DNA of 64,000 nt, from positions 968,006,001 through 968,070,000 of the forward strand of contig NC_091282.1 of the NCBI RefSeq assembly GCF_032444005.1, read 5' to 3'. A program made the translations under genes and the position numbers. Below, one piece after another: positions 25,385-38,642 of the stretch. This DNA is from Ranitomeya imitator (Eukaryota). The notes under the pieces are model-generated. The model was not told the origin of the DNA. It did not search any database and worked only from the letters and a program-made list of their open reading frames with translations. How positions within the stretch are numbered: the stretch's first letter is position 1; the number at the start of each line of letters is the position of its first letter.

Positions 25385-27512
25385 CATCATGGGTGACTTT
25401 AATATCCCTACTGACACCCGCCAGCCAGCAGCCTCCAAATTACTGGCCCTTACTTCATCCTTTGGACTCACTCAGTGGTCCTACACAGCCACCCACACAG
25501 ACGGACATACACTAGACCTCATCTTCACCCGCCTCTGCTCCTTATCTAATCTCACAACCTCTCCCTTCCCCCTATCTGACCACTGTCTACTCACCTTCTC
25601 ATTCTTGTCCTCCTCACCTGCCCCCCATGTCCAGCCATTACCACATCCTCGCAGAAACCTCGCACATCTAGACTCTCAGACTCTCTCCTACCCTTGTCCT
25701 CCATATCTTCACTCCACGACACGGACAGCGCCACCACTTTCTATAACTCCACCCTCACATCAGCCATAGACTCAGTCGCCCCTCTCATGCATGGCACAGT
25801 GTGACGAACCAATAGGCAACCTTGGCATAACAATCTGACAAAAAAACTTCAACAAGCATCCAGGGTTGCGGAGCGGCATTGGAAGAAAACACACCTGCCA
25901 GACGACTTCACTGCTTTCAAACAAGCTACATTTGACTTCAAATTAGCCCTCACCTCTGCTAAACAGACCTATTTCACTAACCTTGTATCTTCACTATCCT
26001 ACAACCCAAAACAACTGTTCAGCACATTCACCTCCCTCCTCCGCCCACCACTGCCACCTCCAACTCCCCTCATCTCCTCCAAGGACTTTGCCACCTACTT
26101 CAAAAACAAGATCGATCAAACAAGGCAAACCCTAACTGTTCCACGACCCCAACCACTCCATATACCAAACCACTGCCCTTCCCTAATAACCTTCCTCTCC
26201 AACATCACCAAAGGAGAGCTTACTCGCCTCTTTTCCAAATCGCACCTCACCACCTGTGCACTTGACCCCATCCCCTCCCACCTGCTCCCCAACCTCAGTA
26301 ACATGCTCATTCCAGCCCTAACCCATCTCTTCAACCTATCGCTATCTTCTGGTACCTTCCCCTCGGCCTTCAAACATGCCACCATAACACCCATCCTCAA
26401 AAAAACTAACCTTGACCCAACTGGTATGCCCAGCTACCGCCCCATATCACTGCTCCTGTTTGCTTCATACCTCCTTGAGCAGCATGTCCATGCTCAAATT
26501 TCCTCCCACCTCTCATCTAACTCTCTCCTTGACAACCTCCAGTCTGGCTTCCACCCCCACCACTCCACCGAAACTGCCCTGACAAAAATTACTAATGACT
26601 TTCTCACATCCAAAGCTAACAGACAGTTCTCCATCCTCCTCCTTCTTGACCTGTCCTCTGCTTTCGACACAGTCGATCACTGCCTACTGCTACAGATTCT
26701 TTCTTCCCTTGGCATCAAAGACCTTGCCCTGTCCTGGATTGCCTCATACCTTTCCGACCGCACATTTAGCGTTTACCACTCCCACACCACCTCCTCATCC
26801 CGCCCTCACTCAAGGCTCTGTCCTAGGGCCCCTACGTTTTTCCATCTATACTCTTGGCCTAGGACAACTCATAAAGTCCCACGGCTTCCAGTACCACCTG
26901 TATGCGGACGACACTCAAATCTACCTCTCTGGCCCAGATGTCACCTCTCTGCTGTCCAGAATCCCAAAGTGTCTGTCAGCCATATCCTCCTTCTTCACCT
27001 CTTGCTTCCTAAAACTCAATGTAGACAAAACCGAACTCATCATCTTTCCCCCATCTCACATATCCCCCCTACCTGACCTATCTATTATGGTAAACGGCAT
27101 CACGCTCTCTCCCGCACCTGAAATCCGCTGCCTCGGGGTAACTCTTGACTCTGCCCTGTCCTTCAAACCGCACGTCCAAACTCTTGCCACCTCCTGTCGC
27201 CTCCAACTCAAAAATATTGCCAGAATCCGTTCCTTCCTCACCCCACAATCAACCAAAACTCTTGTGCATTCCCTCATCATCTCCCGCCTCGACTACTGCA
27301 ACACCCTCCTCTGTGGCCTCCCCGCTAACTCTCTTGCACCGCTCCAATCTGTCCTCAACTCTGCTGCCCAGCTAATCCACCTCTCTCCTCGCTAGTCCCC
27401 TGCTTCTCCCCTCTGCAAATCCCTCCACTGGCTCCCAATTCCCCAACGAATCCAGTTCAAACTACTAACACTGATATACAAAGCCATCCACAACCTGTCC
27501 CCTCCCTATATC
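25385..27512 (+). mobile_element. L2-clade LINE fragment (APE endonuclease end + reverse transcriptase), frameshifted
   Basis: MGDFNIP...HTLDLIFTR...SDH (APE); [38 protein letters not shown] (RT); LHWLP tail. Split over ORFs 25389-25769, 26303-27076 and 26595-27395; both ends missing. Confidence 0.92.
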
Positions 27513-27527
27513 AGATAGATATAGATA

Positions 27528-27656
27528 CAGTTATATGAAAAAGTTTAGGCACCCCTATTAATCTTAAGCTTAATGTTTTATAAAAATAGTTTTTTTTAGC
27601 TATTTCAGTTTCATATATCTAATAACTGTTGGACACAGTAATGTTTCTGCCTTGAA
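27528..27656. mobile_element. Tc1-like element terminus running into a gap
   Basis: TA|cagttatatgaaaaagtttaggcacccc is a typical Tc1 TIR start. Confidence 0.6.
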
Positions 27657-28021
27657 NNNNNNNNNNNNNNNNNNNNNNNNNNNNNNNNNNNNNNNNNNNN
27701 NNNNNNNNNNNNNNNNNNNNNNNNNNNNNNNNNNNNNNNNNNNNNNNNNNNNNNNNNNNNNNNNNNNNNNNNNNNNNNNNNNNNNNNNNNNNNNNNNNNN
27801 NNNNNNNNNNNNNNNNNNNNNNNNNNNNNNNNNNNNNNNNNNNNNNNNNNNNNNNNNNNNNNNNNNNNNNNNNNNNNNNNNNNNNNNNNNNNNNNNNNNN
27901 NNNNNNNNNNNNNNNNNNNNNNNNNNNNNNNNNNNNNNNNNNNNNNNNNNNNNNNNNNNNNNNNNNNNNNNNNNNNNNNNNNNNNNNNNNNNNNNNNNNN
28001 NNNNNNNNNNNNNNNNNNNNN
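27657..28021. other. Assembly gap (365 N)
   Basis: Run of N. Confidence 1.
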
Positions 28022-28290
28022 CACACGTTGGACTGAAACGCCACACATGGGCCAATAAAATACTCTTATTTTTTCTACTGGAGTGCTGCCTTCTGGACAA
28101 TAGATAGATAGATAGATAGATAGATAAATATGGGATAGATAGATAGATAAAAAAAGGAAAAACTAGGCGCAGCACCAGCAGAGGAATATATGGGTACATG
28201 ACTTCCCAGACAAAGACTAATCCTCCATATTAACTAAAAAAGGAAAGCAGCAATCCAAAATAAGTGATATTTAATCATGGCAACATTTTG
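28022..28290. mobile_element. Possible Penelope-like terminal fragments flanking a GATA tract
   Basis: gaaacgcc...aataaa...ttttctactggagtgctgcc and an oppositely oriented ggcgcagcacc...gcagcaatccaaaa resemble amphibian Penelope pseudo-LTR ends; no ORF support. Confidence 0.3.
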
Positions 28291-28545
28291 GTAAAGATAG
28301 ACAAGATAGATAAATATAAAATTGATTTACAGCAGGACCGTGTGGCAGAATACAGCGCAGGCTACACTACGCTGCCAACTGCACACAAGCCTTGACCTGG
28401 CCATACACATTAGATTGCTGTTGACTGATCTTTAAACAAAACCTAAATGTTAAATGAACATTTCTGCTGCTAAAGTTCACTAAGGTGTTCAACGTGACCA
28501 CACATGTTAAATTACAGCGGTCTGCTATGTTCACTGTATTGCCAG

Positions 28546-28685
28546 TAGTGATGAGCGAGCATGCTCTAGTGTTATCCGAGTATCTCGGGCATGCTCAAAT
28601 AATATCTCTGAGTCCCCGCGGCTGCATAATTCACGACTTTTAGACAGCTGCAACACATGAGGGATTGCCTAACAAACAGCTACTA
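28546..28685. mobile_element. Half of a hAT-type MITE (tagtgatgagcg terminus)
   Basis: Same terminal type as 16646-16957; no partner TIR found. Confidence 0.55.
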
Positions 28686-29290
28686 GGATAACAGGATATC
28701 TGCACACGCTCACTCTTGACTAATTGCCAGATATGGCATTTGTTATGGAAGGCCGGGAGATTTTTCACGAGGTTTTCACTTCTGCATCCATTGATATCAA
28801 ACACCGGTGACTTAATGACATTGTCAAACATTTAATTCCACCTGAAGAACCATCATTGTGGTTAAAATCATCCAATGTTGTTAACTTTAGTCTAATACGT
28901 AAGGACAGCTTTAGTAAACATGCGGATTTGTGGTAATATGAATGTGGCTCCTCTCCTGTATAGATAACAATCATTTTCAACTTTCAACAAATCACCACCA
29001 AAGAGAATCTGACCTAATATATTCTAGTGCAAATGACTGGACGGCTAGCAGGCCAAAGAGAAGATTCTTTTCTGCTCCTGACATGATGACTACAATGATC
29101 TCACTGAGTAGCAGTCTACATTCCCGCTTAGGAGCTCTCGTCAAAGTGCTTCTATCCATCCACCTTCAAAGCAAAAAAACAGTGGAGTGATGGAGGTACC
29201 AAGTTTCCGACTCCACTAATCTGATATTGATATCTGATATTGATGACCTATCTATGGATTGATCAATAATATGGTGTGATCGGACAACCC

Positions 29291-29750
29291 TGTTAAGAGA
29301 ATGAGTGGATTGCAGAATTCCAGACAGGTTAACAGTTGGGGTTATTCAGTCTGGAAAACCAGGCTTAGGGGCAGTCATATCAGAATGTACAAATATATGA
29401 AGGGACTAATCGTTACACACAACGGTGACAAGGAGGCATCTTCTACATCTACAGGAAAAAAGGTTTCTTCATAACTGACCTACAGCAATTCTTTACTGAA
29501 TGAACAGTGAGGCTGTGCAACACTTTCACACCAGATATAGTGGTTGATCACTAATGACTTTAAGGAGGGCCTGGATGCCTTTCTTGAAAAATTTAACGTT
29601 ATAAGTTATGGATAGACGATTCTGTGATGGGATGTTGATCCATGGAACTAGTCTGGTTGGTGTATGTGGAGTCGGGAAGGAATTTTTCCTCTAATATGGG
29701 GCAATTAGCATCTGCCTCATGAGGTTTTTTCTTTCCTCTGGATCAACACG
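29291..29750 (+). mobile_element. Old CR1 3' fragment
   Basis: Decayed LGLFSLEKxxLRG/MYKYMKG/FKEGLDAFL coding trace followed by a ggagtcgggaaggaattttt...cctctggatcaac 3'UTR. Confidence 0.7.
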
Positions 29751-30094
29751 TTAGGTTCTAGCCACATCAAAACCTAGATCACAAAATATATGCCCCAAAA
29801 AAGCGGATTACAAATTACTAACACGAAGATGAATCAAACTTTTCTGAGAAGGGCTAAAAATATTTTTATTCACCAAAGTTAAAAAAACATATTCAATCAT
29901 GAGGAAATGTATTGATTACAATAAAACAGGAGGGGACAGAAGGGAGCAAAAAACGGAGAAAGCTGGGTGCACCTGGATATATAAAAATGTATATTGTTAT
30001 ATATATGAATTGCATGATCATTGGAAATACTGTGCAAATGCAGTTAAAGTGCAAATGCAATCAAAGTAGACTGTCAACTAGATTCAGAGATATG

Positions 30095-30146
<52 letters not shown>

Positions 30147-30154
30147 CACACACA

Positions 30155-31074
30155 CACTGCTCAAAAAAATAAAGGGAACACTAATACCCCACATCCTAGA
30201 TATCACTGTATGAAATATTTCGGTTGCAAATCTTTATTCATTACATGGTGGAATGCGTCGAGAACAATAAAACCTAAAAATGATGAATGTAAATCACAAC
30301 TAATATCCCATGGAGGTCTTGGGTTGGAATGATGCTCAAAATCAAAGTGGAAACTCAAATTGCAGGCTGATCCAACTTCAGTGGAAATGCCTCAAGACAA
30401 GGAAATGATGCTCAGTAGTGTGTGTGGTCTTCACATGCCTGTATGACCTCCCTACAATGCTTGGGCATGCTCCTGATGAGGCGGTGAATGGTCTCCTGAG
30501 GGATCTCCTCCCAGGCCTGGATTAAGGCATCAGTCAACTCCTGGACAGTCTGTGGTGCAATGTGGCGTTGGTGGATGGAATAAGACATGATGTACCAGAT
30601 GTTCTCGATTGGATTTAGTGCTGGGGAATGGGCAGGCCAGTCCATAGCATCAATGCCTTTAACATGCAGGAACTGCTGACACACTTCAGCCACATGAGAA
30701 CTAGCATAGTAATGCATCAGAAGGAACCCATGGCCCACTGCACCTGCATATGGTCTCACAATAGGTCTGAGGATCTCATCCTGGTATCTACTGGCAGTCA
30801 GGGTACCTCTGGCGAGCACGTGGAGGGCTGGGCAGCTCTCTAAAGAAAGGCCTCCCCACACCATTCCTGACTCACTGCCAAACCGGTCACGCTGGAGGAT
30901 GTTGCAGGCAGCAGAACGCGCTCCACGGCATCTCCAGACTCTGTCACGTCTGTCACATGTGATCAGTGTGAAACTGCTCTCATCTGTGAAGAGCACAGGG
31001 CGCCAGTGTCAAATCTGCCAATATTGGTGTTCTTTGGCAAATGGCAATCACCCTGCATGGTGTTGGGCTGTAAG
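30155..31074 (-). mobile_element. Tc1 transposon, 3' half (inactive)
   Basis: TIR cactgctcaaaaaaataaagggaacac; ORF 30412-30996 FTDES...SPALNPIENIW; the second catalytic D region reads MHYYASSH (mutated). Confidence 0.9.
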
Positions 31075-32364
31075 AACTTGTTAATAATCTCAAGGCAGCT
31101 GTGACCACAGTTACTAAGAAAACCATTGGTAACACTTTACACCATAAAGATTTAAAATCCTGCAGTGCCCACAAGGTCCCCCTGCTCAAGAAGGCACATG
31201 TACAGGCCAGTCTGAAGCTTGGGGTGTTTCTCTGCTAAGGGCACAGTTCTACTTCACCGCATCAATGGGAGAATGGATGGAGCCACGTACTGTAAAATCC
31301 TGAGTGACAACCTCCTTCCCTCCTCCAGGACATTAATAATGTGTCATGACTGGGTCTTCCAGCAAGACAATAACCCAAAACATTCAGCTAAAGCAACAAA
31401 GGAGTGGCTCAAAAATAAGCAAATTAAGGTCATGGAGTGGCCTAGCCAGTCTCCAGATCTTAATCCCATAGAAAACTTATGGAGGGAGTTGAAACTCTGA
31501 GTTGCCAAGCGACAGCCTCAAAATCTTAATGGATTTAGAGATGATCTGCAAAAAGGAGTGGACCAAAATTCCTCCTGACATGTGCGCAAACCTCATCATC
31601 AACTACAAAAAACGTCTGACAGTTGTGATTGCCAACAAGGGTTTTGCCATCAAGTATTAAATCTTGTCTGCCAGAGGGATGAAATACTTATTGTCATGGT
31701 TGGGACATGGTTAATGTCCTGTTCTCTCAAGGTTAATGTTGTTGGCCTCTCCTTCAAGATGGGAGTGGTATTTATACTCACTTCTAGCTGGGTTTCTCTG
31801 TCAGCTATACATTCTGTTTTAGTCTGTGTGCTTGACCCCTGGAGTGTGTGCTCGGTTTGAATTGTGTTTATCTTGCTTTCTGTGCGTTACTCTGTTTGTT
31901 CTTCTGGATTACTGAACTCTGGCTTTGCTTCTGACTATCCCGTCTCTCCTTTTTGGTACCTCGTGATCTCCTGTCTCCAATCTTTGCTTGTTTGATAACT
32001 CTCTAGTGTTTAATTTATCCCTTCTCTGTTCCCCGGCCACTGCCCCCCCCCTTGACCTCCTCCCACTCTATCACATGTCTAAGGTCCTGTTGATTACCAG
32101 GATAGTACCCGGCGGTTAGCTCAGCTCCTTTGCTGCTGTGTGCAGCTCTCCCCGCAGCATTAATACCCGGGAGCCGTGACGCTTATTTCTCACTGCAATA
32201 TGCAAATAAATTTATATAATTTATACAATGTGATTTTCTGCATTTTATTTTTGATATTCCATCTCTCAATGTTAAAATTAACCTACCCTTAAAATTATAG
32301 ACTGTTCATGTCTTGGGCAAACTTACAAAATCAGAAAGGGATCAAATACTTATTTCCCCCACTG
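31075..32364 (+). mobile_element. Second Tc1 family member, 3' half, internally deleted and interrupted by a solo LTR
   Basis: WGCFSAKGT...FQQDNNPKH...[19 protein letters not shown]...KGFAIKY; right TIR ends tatttcccccactg|TA. Confidence 0.88.
31692..32181. mobile_element. Solo LTR (~490 bp) with 5-bp TSD
   Basis: cttat|tgtcatgg ... ccgtgacg|cttat; removing it restores the Tc1 sequence gaaatacttatttctcactgc. Confidence 0.75.
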
Positions 32365-33366
32365 TATAAACACAAGTAACATAAAACATATTACTGCAGA
32401 ATACAGATATCCAGGTGCCCACCACACTCCTGACATGCGTTTCACTTGAAAGGCTTTGTCCGGCGGGCAGGGCCGCCATCAGGGCATTACAGCCATTACA
32501 TGTGTAAGGGGCCCGGTGAGGAGAGGCAAGGAGGGAGGGCCCGGACTGACCAGACACGTAGTCAGCATGTCTCATACACTTTGGGCCCCACCTCTTTTCC
32601 TGCTGGGCTGGAGGCATTATGAGGTGATTGCATCGCTCCTGTCTGATGTGGCCGCACTCACTGCAGCAGACGCTGCACAAGGACCTGGGCTTTTGCTCTG
32701 TGCAGAGCTCGGTGCCGCCTCCAGCAGAGGCTCCGCCTCCATCTTCTCTCACCCTCACCTACTCCAGAACATAACAGCAGCAGTGACCGCAGCTCTGCAG
32801 GAAGAGATTGAAGCCAGTAAAGGTCAGCAATCCTGTGGTGCTGCCTCCTAGTGGCTCCAGAACTAGGGCTTCACTGGGCTGCAGGAGGGACCCCGGGGCC
32901 CCACTATTCCTGTGGGATCAAGCTGCCGGCACTACTGCACTAGGCTACACTACACTGTCCCTCCATAACACCAGTGCTAGGAAACTGCTGTGTAGGAAGT
33001 CTCCCTGTACTCATCACTTGCAGTCGGGACCGGGGGAGGGGGTGACCAAGTGTCTGTACTGGAAGAGACAGCAGCCGCTCTTTTTTATAGTCTCCTGCTG
33101 TGCTGGGGGCTCCTCTTACTGACTGCTGCCCTGGGATAATGGTGCAGGTGGTGAAAGCCCTGCAGGATAGGTAAGTATATATAATAGTGTGCGTATGATA
33201 CTATGTGTATATAGTGTATGTAATATATAGTGTGCAGTATATGTATTTTCTTGTTTGTAAATAAGTGTATGGATATACTGGAGATGATCCTTGTATATGT
33301 AATAGTGTATCTGCAGTACATAGTGTAGTTAATGTATAGCGTACAGTGTGTGTGTATATATATATA

Positions 33367-34946
33367 CAGGTCCTTCTCAAAAAATTAGCATATAGTGTTA
33401 AATTTCATTATTTACCATAATGTAATGATTACAATTAAACTTTCATATATTATAGATTCATTATCCACCAACTGAAATTTGTCAGGTCTTTTATTGTTTT
33501 AATACTGATGATTTTGGCATACAACTCCTGATAACCCAAAAAACCTGTCTCAATAAATTAGCATATTTCACCCATCCAATCAAATAAAAGTGTTTTTTAA
33601 TAACAAACAAAAAAACCATCAAATAATAATGTTCAGTTATGCACTCAATACTTGGTCGGGAATCCTTTGGCAGAAATGACTGCTTCAATGCGGCGTGGCA
33701 TGGAGGCAATCAGCCTGTGACACTGCTGAGATGTTATGGAGGCCCAGGATGCTTCAATAGCGGCCTTAAGCTCATCCAGAGTGTTGGGTCTTGCGTCTCT
33801 CAACTTTGTCTTCACAATATCCCACAGATTCTCTATGGGGTTCAGGTCAGGAGAGTTGGCAGGCCAATTGAGCACAGTAATACCATGGTCAGTAAACCAT
33901 TTACCAGTGGTTTTGGCACTGTGAGCAGGTGCCAGGTCGTGCTGAAAAATGAAATCTTCATCTCCATAAAGCATTTCAGCCGATGGAAGCATGAAGTGCT
34001 CCAAAATCTCCTGATAGCTAGCTGCATTGACCCTGCCCTTGATGAAACACAGTGGACCAACACCAGCAGCTGACATGGCACCCCACACCATCACTGACTG
34101 TGGGTACTTGACACTGGACTTCAGGCATTTTGGCATTTCCTTCTCCCCAGTCTTCCTCCAGACTCTGGCACCTTGATTTCCGATTGACATGCAAAATTTG
34201 CTTTCATCAGAAAAAAGTACTTGGGACCACTTAGCAACAGTCCAGTGCTGCTTCTCTGTAGCTCAAAAGTGGCTTTACCTGGGGAATGCGGCACCTGTAG
34301 CCCATTTCCTGCACACGCCTGTGCACGGTGGCTCTGGATGTTTCCACACCAGACTCAGTCCACTGCTTCCTCAGGTTCCCCAAGGTCTGGAATCGGTCCT
34401 TCTCCACAATCTTCCTCAGGGTCCGGTCTCCTCTTCTCGTTGTACAGCGTTTTCTGCCACATTGTTTCCTTCCAACAGACTTACCATTGAGGTGCCTTGA
34501 TACAGCACTCTGGGAACAGCCTATTTGTTGAGAAATTTCTTTCTGGGTCTTACCCTCTTGCTTGAGGGTGTCAATGATGGCCTTCTTGACATCTGTCAGG
34601 TCGCTAGTCTTACCCATGATGGGGGTTTTGAGTAATGAACCAGGCAGGGAGTTTATAAAAGCCTCAGGTATCTTTTGCATGTGTTTAGAGTTAATTAGTT
34701 GATTCAGAAGATTAGGGTAATAGGTCGTTTAGAGAACCTTTTCTTGATATGCTAATTTATTGAGACAGGTTTTTTGGGTTATCAGGAGTTGTATGCCAAA
34801 ATCATCAGTATTAAAACAATAAAAGACCTGACAAATTTCAGTTGGTGGATAATGCATCTATAATATATGAAAGTTTAATTGTAATCATTACATTATGGTA
34901 AATAATGAAATTTAACACTATATGCTAATTTTTTGAGAAGGACCTG
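33367..34946 (-). mobile_element. Near full-length Tc1 (DD34E) with ~200-bp TIRs
   Basis: TA|caggtccttctcaaaaaattagcat ... atgctaattttttgagaaggacctg|TA; the TIRs match almost perfectly. Confidence 0.95.
33645..34617 (-). pseudogene. Tc1 transposase with one frameshifting deletion near 34263
   Basis: MGKTSDLT...GRKQCGRKR...KPLL, then a frame change to ...SDESKF...QHDLAPAH...[11 protein letters not shown]...PTKY*; 34 residues between the second D and the E. Confidence 0.92.
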
Positions 34947-35629
34947 TATATATATGATCCTTGTATCTGTAGTATATATTGTACGTAATGTATAGTGTAC
35001 AGTGTGTGTGTGTATATGTGTATGTATATATATTATAGTTCTATCAGTGTAGAGATGCCATGTCTACAGAGGAGTGCTGCACTCTGTACCCTAATGCCAG
35101 CACACAATGCATGTGTGTATTTTTATGAATTATCTTTAATAACACACCTCACCTATAATGCGTGAGAAGACGTCATATACTGGTATACTGTATGTATATA
35201 TGTGAGCATTTTACAGGGCCGCCATCACGGCATGACGGCCGTGACTGGCGTATGGGGCCCAGTGAGCAGAGGGGGCCCGCATCGGGCCCCGTCTCATCTG
35301 CTCACCGGGCCCCTACCAGCAGCCGCAGGCTAATCGGGCCCTTCACACCGATGCTGCAGCTGTTCAAAGCTATTGACGTGCGGGCCCGCACGTCAATAGT
35401 TAACAGCCGCCAGCCAATCTGAGGCTGGCAGCTGACGTCAGCCTCAGCGTGCGTGCATGTCGCCGGCGTCTGACATCATTGTCAATCGCCGGCGAGTGCA
35501 CGCTGCAGCTGCGTGGAGACAGAGAACTTCGCCCGCCGCAGGAGCACGGCCACGTAAGAAGAACTTTTTTTTTTTTTCCTTGAGAGCGGCAATCCGGGGG
35601 GCCCAGGGAAGAACGCTGTACACAGATAG

Positions 35630-36520
35630 GGCAGAGTGCTGGACACAGATGGGGCAGAGTGCTGGACACTGATGGGGCAGGAATGGACAGAGATGGGGCA
35701 GAGTGCTGGACAGAGATGGGGCAGAGTGCTGGACAGAGATGGGGCAGAGTGCTGGACAGAGATGGGGCAGAGTGCTGGACAGAGATGGGGCAGAGTGCTG
35801 GACAGAGATGGGGCAGAGTGCTGGACAGATGGGGCAGAGTGCTGGACACAGATGGGGCAGAGTGCTGGACACAGATGGGGCAGAGTGCTGGACACAGATG
35901 GGGCAGAGTGCTGGACACAGATGGGGCAGGATTGGACAGAGATGGGGCAGAGTGCTGAACACAGATGGGGCAGAGTGCTAGACACAGATGGGGCAGGATT
36001 GGAAACAGATGGGGCAGAGTGCTGGACACAGATGGGGCAGGATTGGAAACAGATGGGGCAGAGTGCTGGACACAGATGGGGCAGAGTGCTGGACACAGAT
36101 GGGGCAGAGTGCTGGACACAGATGGGGCAGAGTGCTGGACACAGATGGGGCAGAGTGCTGGACACAGATGGGGCAGAGTGCTGGACACAGATGGGGCAGA
36201 GTGCTGGACACAGATGGGGAAGAGTGCTGGACACAGATGGGGCAGGATTGGAAACAGATGGGGCAGAGTGCTGGACACAGATGGGGCAGAGTGCTGGACA
36301 CAGATGGGGCAGAGTGCTGGAAACAGATGGGGCAGAGTGCTGGACACAGATGGGGCAGAGTGCTGGACACAGATGGGGCAGAGTGCTGGACACAGATGGG
36401 GCAGAGTGCTGGACACAGATGGGGCAGAGTGCTGGAGACAGATGGGGCAGGATTGGAGACAGATGGGGCAGGATGGATACGATGGAGACAGATGGGGCAG
36501 GATGGAGAGATCATATGGGG
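35630..36520. repeat. 23-bp minisatellite (gatggggcagagtgctggacaca) with 21-bp variants, ~38 units
   Basis: Inside the hAT element; explains all ORFs at 35400-36600. Confidence 0.95.
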
Positions 36521-38642
36521 CAGGATGGGAGAACATATGGCTGACGCCAGGAATGAGACACACGGGGGCTAGGATGGCGAATATTACCATAGGGGCTAAT
36601 TAAGGGATATTATTATTGCAGTGATGCATTTATTTATTTTTTTTGAGTATACTGTTTTAAATGGGGGGCGGTCCTGTTACTGTGTAGAGTGATACTGTGT
36701 TGCCTTCTTCATGTGGTGTAATGTAGAAGTTGGGAAAATTAAGTAATGTGTTCTACAAGCGGAACTCGAGATAACTGTGTTATTTCCTGCAGAGACGAGT
36801 CCTGGTTGGATGAAGTGATGGCGGTCTGTGCTGGATGAAAGATGAAGGACTTCACCTAGAGACGTCACTGGTGAGTCAGTGATCACTGTATTACCTATAC
36901 ATTATATACAGAGCTCCTGTGTGTAATGTCACCAGTGATCACTGTATTACCTGTAGACACTGCTTACTAATTACAGATCTCCTGTGCATAATGGCACTGA
37001 TGGTGATAGTATTGTGGGTTTTTTTTTATTACTGATCAGTATTGTAGTATTCAGTCATTGGTGGTAATATGCGGTCTGGTCATGGTGTAGCGGTATTTGT
37101 TCCTTGTATTTTATATTATTCGATCACTGTGGTGGTAATATGTCATCTGGTCATAGTGCTGTGGTATTTGTTCCTTGTATGTAGTATTATAGGTCATTTT
37201 AAAAATTGAAAAATAAATAAAAATATACCTAAATTGTATTGCATATTTTAACAAATATTTAATAGGTTACAGCAGAGTAGGGCCCGGCCAAAAGTGTCTA
37301 CCGTGTTATGGTGGCGGCTTAAAAAATCTTTTGGCCAAAACAAAAGCTGCCGGCTATATGTGATCTGGTGATGGGAACTGTCAATGTGTGATAGGTTAGA
37401 AGTGGAGATTTTCCAAGAGAGAGCGGTGGGACTGTGGACAGTTCGAGGGGTGGAGCCTGGAGGAGGGGCTGGGGTGGAGCCTGGGCGGAGTTTCAAGGGG
37501 GCCCCGAAAATTTTGCCAGTATGGGGCCCCAAAATTTCTAGTGGCAGCCCTGCCGGGGGGTGATGTGCAACTGGTCAGAAATCTACTTAAAAACTTGAAT
37601 AGAAAAAGTCACCACGCTATACTGAGGCTAGAAAGGATACAAATTATTTGTGATTAGTATCAACAATTGTTGATGTTTTCCAGTACTTACCGTACATACT
37701 TGAGTATAAGCCGAGATTTTCAGCCCATTTTTGGGGGGCTGAAAGTCCCCCTCTCGACTTATACTCGAGTCATACCCGGGGGTCGGCAGGAGAGGGGGGG
37801 CGGGGGCTGTGTAATTAGACTCACCTGCTCCTGGCGCGGTCCCTGCACGTCCCTGCTTCTTCCAGCGCTGCAGCTTCTTCCTGTATTGAGCAGTCACATG
37901 GTACCGCTCATTACAGAAATGAATATGCGGCTCCACCTCCCATAGAGGAGGAGCCGCATATTCATTACTGTAATGAGCGGTAACTGTGACCGCTCAATAC
38001 AGGAAGAAGATGCAGCGGTGGAAGAAGCAGGGACACAGCGCCAGGAGCAGGTAAGTATACGGGGAGGGGAGCGCAGCGCTGCGCGATATTTACCTGCTCC
38101 TCGTTCCAGTGCGGCTCCGTCTTCAGCGTCCTCTGGCAGTGACGCTCAGGTCAGAGGGCGCGGTGACGTAGTCAGTGCGCGCCCTCTGCTGAATGTCAGT
38201 GCCGAACACGGAGCCGCACGAGGTGCAGGTAAAAGTGCTCGGGTCCTGAGCGACGGAGAGGTGAGTATGTGATATTTTTTTTTGTTATGGCAGCAAAAGC
38301 AAATGGGGCAAGTGGCTGTGCAGAGCATCTTATGGGGCCATAACACTTGTGCAGCACTATATGGGGCAAGTGACTGTGTGGAGCATCTTATGGGGCCATA
38401 ACACATGTGCAGCACTATAAGGGGCAAGTGGCTGTGCGGAGCATCTTATGGGGCCATAACACTTGTGCAGCACTATAAGGGGCAGTGACTGTGCGGAGCA
38501 ACTTATGGGGCCATAACACTTGTGCAGCACTATATGAGGCAAGTGACTGTGCGGAGCATCTTATGGGGCCATAACACTTGTGCAGCACTATAAGGGGCAA
38601 GTGACTGTGCGGAGCATCTTATGGGGCCATAACACTTGTGCA

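Larger units (their letters stand above)
32468..37552. mobile_element. Large non-autonomous hAT element hosting a Tc1 and a minisatellite
   Basis: TIRs cagggccgccatcag / ctagtggcagccctg; 8-bp TSD ccggcggg / ccgggggg (7/8 match). Confidence 0.8.

Noticed and set aside
17821-28199. ORFs containing X runs
   Set aside because: Artefacts of reading through N gaps.
28845-28890. Hammerhead-like ctgaaga-ACC-loop-GGT
   Set aside because: Followed by TAAA rather than GAAA, with no stems I/III or NUH site; similar CTGANGA hits elsewhere (e.g. ~1666) also fail.
29014-29163. 150-nt minus-strand exon-like segment (RWMDRSTLTRAPKRECRLLLSEIIVVIMSGAEKNLLFGLLAVQSFALEYIR) with AG/GT ends
   Set aside because: Phase 2-2 is incompatible with the ank2 N-terminus, there is no recognisable homology, and the donor (GTCAGA) is weak; an open frame of this length is expected by chance.
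35400-36603. Long repetitive ORFs (up to 396 aa)
   Set aside because: Produced by a stop-free 23-bp minisatellite inside a hAT element; the non-triplet unit cycles through all frames.
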